DNA of 54,057 bases from Thermoplasmata archaeon (GTDB lineage Archaea > Thermoplasmatota > Thermoplasmata > RBG-16-68-12): the NCBI GenBank assembly GCA_035283985.1, contig DATESQ010000059.1, positions 1-54,057 of the forward strand, read 5' to 3'. The translations under genes and the position numbers were made by a program. Every line of letters begins with the position of its first letter. Position 1 is the first letter of the stretch. The notes beneath the pieces are model-generated. The model had not been told where the DNA came from and searched no databases. It saw only the letters and a program-made list of their open reading frames with translations. Below, piece by piece: positions 47,525-54,057 of this stretch.

Positions 47525-48169
47525 GTGACCACCAGCATCTTCTCTCAGGTCCGTTCCTACGCGGGCCGCATCACCGCCCTCGGTTGGCCGCTCCTCTCGA
47601 CCCTTCTCGCCCTGCTCCTCGCCGCGATCGCCCTCACGCAGCCGATCTGGGCCCTCGAACAGAGCGACGGGCTCGGAGGCCTCACGCGGTGGACGTACGC
47701 CAGGTCGACGTTCGACGAAGAGGAATACGGGAATGGCGTGTGGGATCAGACGACGACCCGGTCGTACTTTGGTCCATCGTTCACGCAGTACCGGATGCGA
47801 GACGCGATCGGCACCGCGTACCTCGTCGGGGTCTTCTTCGTCGTCCTGCTCCTCGTTCTCGTGATCCTGGAGTTCCTCGCGCGGGCTCGGAAGGTTCCCA
47901 CGAATGCGGTCCCGGTCACGAACATCGTGGCCATGGGCCTGGGGTTCGTCGCGCTCGGGCTTCCCGCCCTTTCGATTCCCGCCGCCGCGGGGGACGTGGG
48001 CGTCGTCGTGTCGGGGTTCTTCGGGAGCGCCGCCGCCGGCGGTTTCGCGTACTCCTGGGGCGCCGGGTTCAGCTGGTGGCTCTGGCTCGTCGCGACGATC
48101 CTCACGCTCGTCGTGTTCGTCGTCCCGCTCGTGCAAAGCCGACCCGGGCGCCCTGTGCTTCCGCGTTAG
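47525..48169 (+). CDS. Hypothetical membrane protein (4-5 helices)
   Basis: Track ORF with clear hydrophobic helices. No family recognised. Confidence 0.6.
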   Translation: MTTSIFSQVRSYAGRITALGWPLLSTLLALLLAAIALTQPIWALEQSDGLGGLTRWTYARSTFDEEEYGNGVWDQTTTRSYFGPSFTQYRMRDAIGTAYLVGVFFVVLLLVLVILEFLARARKVPTNAVPVTNIVAMGLGFVALGLPALSIPAAAGDVGVVVSGFFGSAAAGGFAYSWGAGFSWWLWLVATILTLVVFVVPLVQSRPGRPVLPR

Positions 48170-48220
48170 TCAACCCGGGCCGCGCGCCCGCAATAAGCTC
48201 AAATAGACCTCTCTCGCATT

Positions 48221-48499
48221 ATGCCACAACGTCAGAAGGGACGTGATGGGATGAAGAAATTCGCCACTGAGCTTAAGGGCAAGACCGTCATGACGAACGA
48301 CGGCCAGATCCTCGGAAGGATCGAGAACTTCATCGTCGATACCCGCTCCGGGAAGGTCGAGAACGTGCTCGTCGTCCCCGCCGAGGAGATCGAGGCCCGA
48401 TTGTTCAAGACGGATCCGCAGGGCCGGCTCATCCTGCCTTTTCAAGGCATGAAGGCCATCAAGGACGTCGTCGTGATGAACATCGGTCCGGCGCAGTGA
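48221..48499 (+). CDS. PRC-barrel domain protein
   Basis: ELKGKTVMTNDGQILGRIENFIVDTRSGKVENVLVVP... An alternative start is ATG 48251. Confidence 0.75.
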   Translation: MPQRQKGRDGMKKFATELKGKTVMTNDGQILGRIENFIVDTRSGKVENVLVVPAEEIEARLFKTDPQGRLILPFQGMKAIKDVVVMNIGPAQ

Positions 48500-48509
48500 C
48501 CGGACCCGG

Positions 48510-48668
48510 TCACCCACCGCGGCGGAACAGTTCGCGAGCTTTCGCGAGTCCCTCCGGGTGATCGAGGAGTGCGGCGATCACCCCCTCCATGAGGGCGGCG
48601 GTGGACCAGATCTCAATCACGACCTCCGGGTCCTTCCCGAGCGACCACTCGACGTGTTCGACTCGCAT
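48510..48668 (-). CDS. Candidate 52-aa ORF downstream of flotillin
   Basis: Below the track cutoff. MRVEHVEWSLGKDPEVVIEIWSTAALMEGVIAALLDHPEGLAKARELFRRGG. Ordinary composition. Same strand, 60 nt after the flotillin stop. Confidence 0.3.
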   Translation of the reverse strand: MRVEHVEWSLGKDPEVVIEIWSTAALMEGVIAALLDHPEGLAKARELFRRGG

Positions 48669-48727
48669 CGTCGCATCCTCGAACCGAAAATGGAAAAGGG
48701 GAACGCCATCGGCGTTCCCGTGGCCTC

Positions 48728-50197
48728 TTACTTCGTGATGTCCTTCAGCTTCCCGGCGAGCTCGCTGAGGTCCATCCCCGTGAGAGTCTTCACGAGCGCG
48801 GGCGCGGTCGCCGCGATATCGACGATGCTCCCGACGAGCTGGGACGGACCCCGGTCGCCCATAATGATGAGCTTCTCCGTCCTCTCGAGGGACTTCGCCG
48901 CGTTCGCGACGATCTCCGGGAGCTTCTCCACGATGAGCTGCGTAACCGCGGCCTTACCGTACTGCTCCCACGCGGCCGCCTTCGCCCGCATCGCTTCCGC
49001 CGTCGCGAGGCCGGTGGCCCGGATTGCGTACGCCTCCGCCTCACCCTTCAAGCGGATGATGTCCGCCTCCGCGGTCCCCGTCTGACGGATCCGTTCCGCC
49101 TCGCCCGTCGCGACGCGAGAGAGCCGTTCTTTCTCGCCCTCCGCGACAAGGATCGCGCGCTCCTTCTCACCCTCCGCGGTGATCACGAGCCGGCGCTTCT
49201 CGCCGTCCGCCTCCGCCGCGACGGAGTCGGCCATCGCCTTCGCAGGGACAACCCGCTCCGCGGTCTGCTCCTGCTCCCGCCGACGGACCTCCTGCGTCTG
49301 GACGAGGACTTCCTGCTCCTTCTGCCGGATGTCGATCTTCGTCTGTTCGACGACGAGCTCTTGCGTCCGCCGAGCAGTCTGCATCTGGAACGAGATCTCC
49401 CGGTTCGCGCGTTCCATCTCGACCTCCGTCTCCGCCTTGAAGCGGATCACGTCCCGGTCCCGGTGGTATCCCGCGACCTGGGCCTCCGCGTCCGCGTTCG
49501 CCTTCTCCCCCTGCTGCGCGGCGACGGCCTCCGCGACCGTTGCCTCGCGGTTCGCGTTCGCCTTCCCGATCCGCGCGTCCCGCTTGACCTCCTCCGTCCG
49601 CTTCACGCCGAGGGCGGCGAGGTATCCGTGCTCGTCCTCGATCTCCTTGATCACGAACGACCGGATCTCGATTCCCATGTTCTTCAGGTCCTCGCCCGCC
49701 ATCGTGAGGATCTTCGACGCAATCGCGTCCCGGTCGCTGTTAATCTGCTCAATCGTGAGGGTCGCGCACACGCCGCGGACGTGGCCCTCGAGTGTCTTCA
49801 GGGCGATCTCGTTGATCTCCTGGTCCGACTTGTGGAGGAGTTGGCTCGCCGCCGTCCGAAGGACGTCCGGATCGTCCGAGACCCGAACCTGCGCGACGGC
49901 CTTGATGTTCACCCTCGCGCCGCTCCGCACGACGTCCGTGACGATCTCGTTCACGTCCACGTCGAGGGTCCGGATCCCGAGCGGAAGGAAGCGATACGAC
50001 TCGACGATCGGGACGATGAACTTCCCGCCGCCTGTCCATACCTCGTACCCTCTCCCGCTCTTGTACCGACGACCGTACAGGACCATCGCCGCGTCGGGAG
50101 GGACCTTCTTGTACCGCGCCGCGTAAATCGCGATCAGCGCGACGACAATCAGCCCAATCAGCACACCCACGCTCACAACGAGTGTTATGTCCACCAT
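48728..50197 (-). CDS. Flotillin (SPFH/band-7 domain protein)
   Basis: N-terminal TM hairpin, an SPFH domain, a long Ala/Glu-rich coiled coil with AEGEKER-type repeats, and a conserved C-terminal region. 489 aa. Confidence 0.9.
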   Translation of the reverse strand: MVDITLVVSVGVLIGLIVVALIAIYAARYKKVPPDAAMVLYGRRYKSGRGYEVWTGGGKFIVPIVESYRFLPLGIRTLDVDVNEIVTDVVRSGARVNIKAVAQVRVSDDPDVLRTAASQLLHKSDQEINEIALKTLEGHVRGVCATLTIEQINSDRDAIASKILTMAGEDLKNMGIEIRSFVIKEIEDEHGYLAALGVKRTEEVKRDARIGKANANREATVAEAVAAQQGEKANADAEAQVAGYHRDRDVIRFKAETEVEMERANREISFQMQTARRTQELVVEQTKIDIRQKEQEVLVQTQEVRRREQEQTAERVVPAKAMADSVAAEADGEKRRLVITAEGEKERAILVAEGEKERLSRVATGEAERIRQTGTAEADIIRLKGEAEAYAIRATGLATAEAMRAKAAAWEQYGKAAVTQLIVEKLPEIVANAAKSLERTEKLIIMGDRGPSQLVGSIVDIAATAPALVKTLTGMDLSELAGKLKDITK

Positions 50198-50221
50198 GGT
50201 TCCGACCTCCTCTCTTATCCC

Positions 50222-50806
50222 TCACACTTTCTCGACGACGAGGGCGTTGCCCTCGACGCCCGTGATCTGGACGCGATCTCCCGTCTTGAGGTCCTGGGTC
50301 GAGATCGCGGAGAGCAGGGTGCGACCCCGCGCGTCCGTGACAACAAGGACCTGTCCGCGCACGCCCGGCTTTACCGGGACCGTGACTTCGCCCCGCGTGC
50401 CCACGAGGTCCTTCAGGTCGTAGGTCGTCGTCGCCTGGCTTTTCGCGAAGACCTGCACGAGGAAGTAGTAGACGAGCGCCGTGACGACGGCCGAGGCCCC
50501 CGCGGCGACGAACGGGACCGAGATTGATGGAAGCGATTGGAACGACTCGAGGACCGTGCCGAACGCGCCAAAAAACGCCCCGAACGCGAAGAGGATCGGC
50601 AGACTCAGCGGCGAGATGCCCGCGCCGGAGAACTGCCCTGCATCCGCGGCGACGTCGTGGCCGATGTCACCGAGGTCCACGCCCCCGACGTCGACCCCGC
50701 CGACATCCGCCCCGATGTCGAAGAGCCCTCCGGTGACGGCCATAACGAAGAGCAGGACGCTGAACACGACCGTGATCCCGATGTAGACCGTCAGAATGTC
50801 GACCAT
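50222..50806 (-). CDS. NfeD-like membrane protein with a C-terminal OB-fold
   Basis: TM helices, then DLVGTRGEVTVPVKPGVRGQVLVVTDARGRTLLSAISTQDLKTGDRVQITGVEGNALVVEKV. Confidence 0.85.
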   Translation of the reverse strand: MVDILTVYIGITVVFSVLLFVMAVTGGLFDIGADVGGVDVGGVDLGDIGHDVAADAGQFSGAGISPLSLPILFAFGAFFGAFGTVLESFQSLPSISVPFVAAGASAVVTALVYYFLVQVFAKSQATTTYDLKDLVGTRGEVTVPVKPGVRGQVLVVTDARGRTLLSAISTQDLKTGDRVQITGVEGNALVVEKV

Positions 50807-50810
50807 GGAC

Positions 50811-51416
50811 TCACTTCTCCTCCGCGAACTTCGCGGGAATCTTCTCCATCTCCTGCCCGTCCTTCATGATCTTCTTCGCGCGCTTCTGAGGGAGGCGGAT
50901 CGCCTCCGGAGCCGGCGCGGGCTTCGCCGCCATGGCGGGTGGGGCCGAACGTCCCGCGCCGCTGAAACGGACCCCACAGTTCCAGCAGAATGCGTCCCCC
51001 GACCACGCGCGGGCGCCGCAGTTCGGGCAGAACCCCGCGGCGGTCTTCGTCTTCGAGGACTCGATGCGTGGCGCGGGCATCCGCACCGGCGCGGATGCAG
51101 ACGAGGACGTCGTCGTCTCGGTTTCCGCGCGGACCTTCCTCGCGGGCGCGAACCGCGGCGTATCTTCGCCGTCCTCGAACACGGCCCCGCACTCATCACA
51201 TGCCACCGTGTCCGAGCTCGCCAGCGCCCCGCACGATGCGCACACGAATCCTCGGAAGAGCACGCCGCGCTTCCCGAAGCCCAGATCCCGGTCCCATTGG
51301 AAGCCGAGCGCTCGGTTCGGATCGAACACGAGGCTTCGGCTCGCCGTGAAATCGAGATTTCGGTCCGTTGAGAATCCGAGCGTTCGGATTGGATCGAAGT
51401 TGAGAAGATTCGCCAC
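50811..51416 (-). CDS. Double zinc-ribbon protein with two N-terminal 24-aa FDPxRxLGF repeats and a Lys-rich tail
   Basis: Zinc ribbons CASCG...CDECG and CPNCG...CWNCG. Repeats are LNFDPIRTLGFSTDRNLDFTASRS and LVFDPNRALGFQWDRDLGFGKRGV. Its stop lies 4 nt before the NfeD ATG. Confidence 0.75.
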   Translation of the reverse strand: MANLLNFDPIRTLGFSTDRNLDFTASRSLVFDPNRALGFQWDRDLGFGKRGVLFRGFVCASCGALASSDTVACDECGAVFEDGEDTPRFAPARKVRAETETTTSSSASAPVRMPAPRIESSKTKTAAGFCPNCGARAWSGDAFCWNCGVRFSGAGRSAPPAMAAKPAPAPEAIRLPQKRAKKIMKDGQEMEKIPAKFAEEK

Positions 51417-51514
51417 CGCCCCTCCAACTCCTACCCTCCCAATCCGGCCGCGACCCCTTAAAAGTTGTGCAGGGGAATCCCGGGGAAATCCCGCGTCGTA
51501 ACAGCGGCGCCTCG

Positions 51515-51970
51515 TCAGATCGGCGCCCGCTTCTCCTGTTTCACGACGTTCAAGACAACCTGCGTGTAGGTCCGATCCACGTTCTCCATCGCGACGAGTT
51601 TCTTGATGAACGCGTCGAGTTCCTTCGTGTTCCGGAACCGGGCGATGATCACAGAGTCGTACTCCCCGGTGACATCGTAGACCTCGACGACTTTGTCCTC
51701 CCGGGCGATCTTCCGCTGGACTTCGAGGAGCTTGCCCTTCGAGATCCGGACGCCGATCACGGCGAGGACGTCATACCCGAGCTTCTTCTCGTCGAGGAGC
51801 GGCGCGTACCCAAGGATGATCCCCTCGGACTCGAGCCGCTTCACGCGGTTGCTCACCGTGCTGATGCTCACTTCGAGTTCCCGCGCGATGTCCCGAAAGC
51901 TCTTCCGTGCGTCCTGGTTGAGACGCCGAAGGATCGCAACGTCAAGGTCATCGAGGAGCTTGATTGGCAC
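51515..51970 (-). CDS. lrp: Lrp/AsnC-family transcription regulator
   Basis: LDDLDVAILRRLNQDARKSFRDIARELEVSISTVSNRVKRLESEGII plus a RAM domain. Confidence 0.92.
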   Translation of the reverse strand: MPIKLLDDLDVAILRRLNQDARKSFRDIARELEVSISTVSNRVKRLESEGIILGYAPLLDEKKLGYDVLAVIGVRISKGKLLEVQRKIAREDKVVEVYDVTGEYDSVIIARFRNTKELDAFIKKLVAMENVDRTYTQVVLNVVKQEKRAPI

Positions 51971-52165
51971 GATTTCACCCGTGCTTGAACGGTTCTCGAG
52001 TTACTAAGCCTTTCTTCACACCCGTCGTTCTCGCCGCGCGTTGAGTCCATTATTGCACGAGGATCGAGCCGCGACGGCGAACCTTGCGCGAGGCGTCCCT
52101 TGGAACCGCAAGGGGTCCAGTGAGATTTGCAGTTCGGAGAGTCGATGCGACTTCGTTGAGCCAGT

Positions 52166-53044
52166 CTAGTACGTATCGACGCCCTTCGCGAGCTGACGGA
52201 GCTTCTTGACCCGCTCTTCGATCGGTGGGTGCGACGAGAACATCCTCACGAAAGCGCCGCCCTGGAAGGGGTTCACGATCCATAAGTTCGCGGACGTCGG
52301 GCTCCCAAACGCCATCGGGTTCTGGCGGTTCCGGTATTCGAGCTGCTCGAGGGCGTCCGCGAGCGCGTCCGGCGCGCCGAGGGTCTTCGCCCCAACGTGG
52401 TCGGCCTTGTACTCCCGGCTGCGGGAGATCGCCATCTGGAGGGCGATCACGCCAATCGGGACCAGGATGAGCCCGAGGATCGCGACAAGGTACACCCATG
52501 GGGGCACGTTCCGCCGACCGCGACCGAACAGGGTGCTCCACAGGGCGACCCGGGCGAGGAGCGTGAGGGCGCCCGCGATCGTCGCTGCGATCGACATCAC
52601 GAGGATGTCGCGGTCCTTGATGTGCGAGAGCTCGTGCGCGATGACCCCCGTGAGTTCCCGCTCCTCGAGGACGCGGGACATCCCCTCCGTGACCGCGACG
52701 ACTGCGTTCTTCGGGTTCCGGCCCGTCGCGAACGCGTTCGGTGTCGGCGACGGGACGATCGCGACGCGGGGCATCGGGAGATTGCTCATCGCCGCGACGC
52801 GGCGGACAATCCGGTACAGCATCGGGGCCTCCGCCTCCGTGACGATCCGCGCGCGGTACGTCATCAGGACGATTTTGTCCGCGAAGAAGTACGCGATCGC
52901 GTTCATCGCGACCGCGACGAAGAGGAACAAGGCCACCATGAGGACCCAGTCACCGAAGAAGACGGACCCGATGACCCAGCCGAACCCCACGAGGATCGCC
53001 GTGAGGACCAGGAACAACGCGCCCGTCCGGAGGGATGGATTCAT
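52166..53044 (-). CDS. htpX: HtpX-type M48 membrane zinc protease
   Basis: VIAHELSHIKDRD (HExxH), four TM helices, and the C-terminal FSSHPPIEERV. Confidence 0.92.
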   Translation of the reverse strand: MNPSLRTGALFLVLTAILVGFGWVIGSVFFGDWVLMVALFLFVAVAMNAIAYFFADKIVLMTYRARIVTEAEAPMLYRIVRRVAAMSNLPMPRVAIVPSPTPNAFATGRNPKNAVVAVTEGMSRVLEERELTGVIAHELSHIKDRDILVMSIAATIAGALTLLARVALWSTLFGRGRRNVPPWVYLVAILGLILVPIGVIALQMAISRSREYKADHVGAKTLGAPDALADALEQLEYRNRQNPMAFGSPTSANLWIVNPFQGGAFVRMFSSHPPIEERVKKLRQLAKGVDTY

Positions 53045-53121
53045 GCAGGTCCCAATCTACAAAGCGGTCCTATGAGAACTTTGCGCTGGAATCCCCGTGC
53101 CCCCGGCCCCGCTCGCGGGAG

Positions 53122-54057
53122 TCAACTGCTCGCCACGAGGCCGAGGTCGAGCTCGTAGGCCGCGGTCACGCGGAACCCACCAGAGGGCGAGATCCTCCCG
53201 ATTTCGTCCTCCGGGACCTCGAAGGCCTTCGCGAGCTGGCCGACGAAGCGGGCATGGTCCATCTCCCCGGGCGCGAGGATCACGCGGCGAGTCGCGCGGG
53301 CGGCAACGGCGCTCACGGGCCCCGCCATGATCTTCCGGTGGCCCTCGTGCTCGATCTCGCCGACCCCGATCGCGACGGGGATGTCGTGAAGGTAGTTCCT
53401 CTTCCCCCGGATTACGAACGCCCCGCGCGGCAAGAACTCCCCGCTCTCCGCCTGCTTGCTCACCTGTTCCGGGAGAACCCAGTACGCACTCCCGCTCGCG
53501 AGCCCGGCGGGCCAGGCCTTCGAGTATGCGAGCGCGAACTCGCACGCTTCCCGGAGCGTTGCATCACCCGCCTTCGAACCGTCCTTCACGACGACGCTCG
53601 GCGCGCCGTGGATGTCCGCGTGCGCGTACCGGTCGCCGTCCTTCAGGTGCTTCCGAACGAGGGAATCGTTCGTCTTCGCGTCCCGCCCGCCGAGAATCAG
53701 GTAGCCCTCGGACGAAAGCGTCCAGCGGTACGCCTCGAACCAGAACTTCTTCGTGCCCTTCATCTTCGGACGCTTCGCGGCCTTCACGGCCTTCCGTTCC
53801 GCGGCCTGCAGCTCCTCCTGCGCCGCGCGGATTACCTCGACGACGCGGTCTGCCTTCCGCTGGGCCTCCCTGCGCCGCTCGTAGAACGTCTGCGCGTTCC
53901 CATTCACATCCGTTTTGTAGTCGAGCTCGAGAGCGTCGAAATCGCCGATTGCGACGCTGACGATTCCCTTCGCGCGGTCGATGCCCTTGATCTGGACCTG
54001 ATCGAAGTCGCGTCCCTCCCGCACCGCCTTGAGCATCTCCTCGAAGAGCGGGAAGTG
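53122..54057 (-). CDS. Partial CDS, N-terminus beyond the right edge: NFACT/Rqc2/FbpA-family protein (ribosome quality control homolog)
   Basis: A coiled coil, then FWFEAYRWTLSSEGYLILGGRDAKTNDSLVRKHLKDGDRYAHADIHGAPSVVVKDG (NFACT-R/DUF814 signature). The frame stays open upstream of the tracked Met at 54036 to the window end. Confidence 0.85.
   Translation of the reverse strand, partial: HFPLFEEMLKAVREGRDFDQVQIKGIDRAKGIVSVAIGDFDALELDYKTDVNGNAQTFYERRREAQRKADRVVEVIRAAQEELQAAERKAVKAAKRPKMKGTKKFWFEAYRWTLSSEGYLILGGRDAKTNDSLVRKHLKDGDRYAHADIHGAPSVVVKDGSKAGDATLREACEFALAYSKAWPAGLASGSAYWVLPEQVSKQAESGEFLPRGAFVIRGKRNYLHDIPVAIGVGEIEHEGHRKIMAGPVSAVAARATRRVILAPGEMDHARFVGQLAKAFEVPEDEIGRISPSGGFRVTAAYELDLGLVASS

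Noticed and set aside
49000-49300. Periodic AEGEKER/AEAD-type repeats in flotillin, GVDVGGVDLG repeats in NfeD (about 50640-50720), and the 21-nt duplication at about 44221-44262. I checked these as possible CRISPR or tandem-repeat loci.
   Set aside because: All are in-frame, imperfect, coding repeats inside well-supported genes. There are no spacer-repeat architecture, leader or cas genes anywhere in the window.

Overview
This is a high-GC archaeal chromosomal window. G+C is roughly 60-68% by spot counts of single 60-nt lines; I did not compute it globally. Archaeal hallmarks: two thermosome paralogs, aCPSF1/FttA next to proteasome beta, aTrm56, pyrB-pyrI, Cdc48/VAT, Lrp/AsnC, an NFACT/Rqc2 homolog, and a tRNA-Asn without encoded CCA. 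Proteins are not acid-shifted, so it is not a haloarchaeon; a Thermoplasmatota-like lineage is a guess only. Coding density is high. Many neighbouring genes are joined by ATGA or GTGA start/stop overlaps. Most long Arg/Pro-rich ORFs in the supplied track are high-GC shadow frames of the real genes, and several true starts lie inside the tracked ORFs. No CRISPR array, rRNA, transposase or integrase is visible. The items I consider most worth follow-up:
1. A four-gene copper-handling operon chained by ATGA overlaps, in which three secreted proteins expose His at the predicted mature N-terminus.
2. A divergent pair of a wHTH regulator and a bactofilin-like protein that share a SHOCT-like helix.
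3. A zinc-ribbon repeat protein fused into an NfeD-flotillin operon.
4. An untracked 58-codon ORF with a Cys-rich tail between thioredoxin and ArsR.
5. A roughly 51-nt promoter module shared by both thermosome genes, the second of which heads a thermosome-hsp20-grpE-dnaK-dnaJ cluster.
6. Several scars of DNA insertion: a split oxidoreductase with 17-nt direct repeats, YeiB/DUF418 fragments, and a low-GC islet with an HExxH paralog and a tRNA T-arm remnant.

I cannot show that any of these is a new system. All functional calls rest on motifs I recognise by eye, not on searches.
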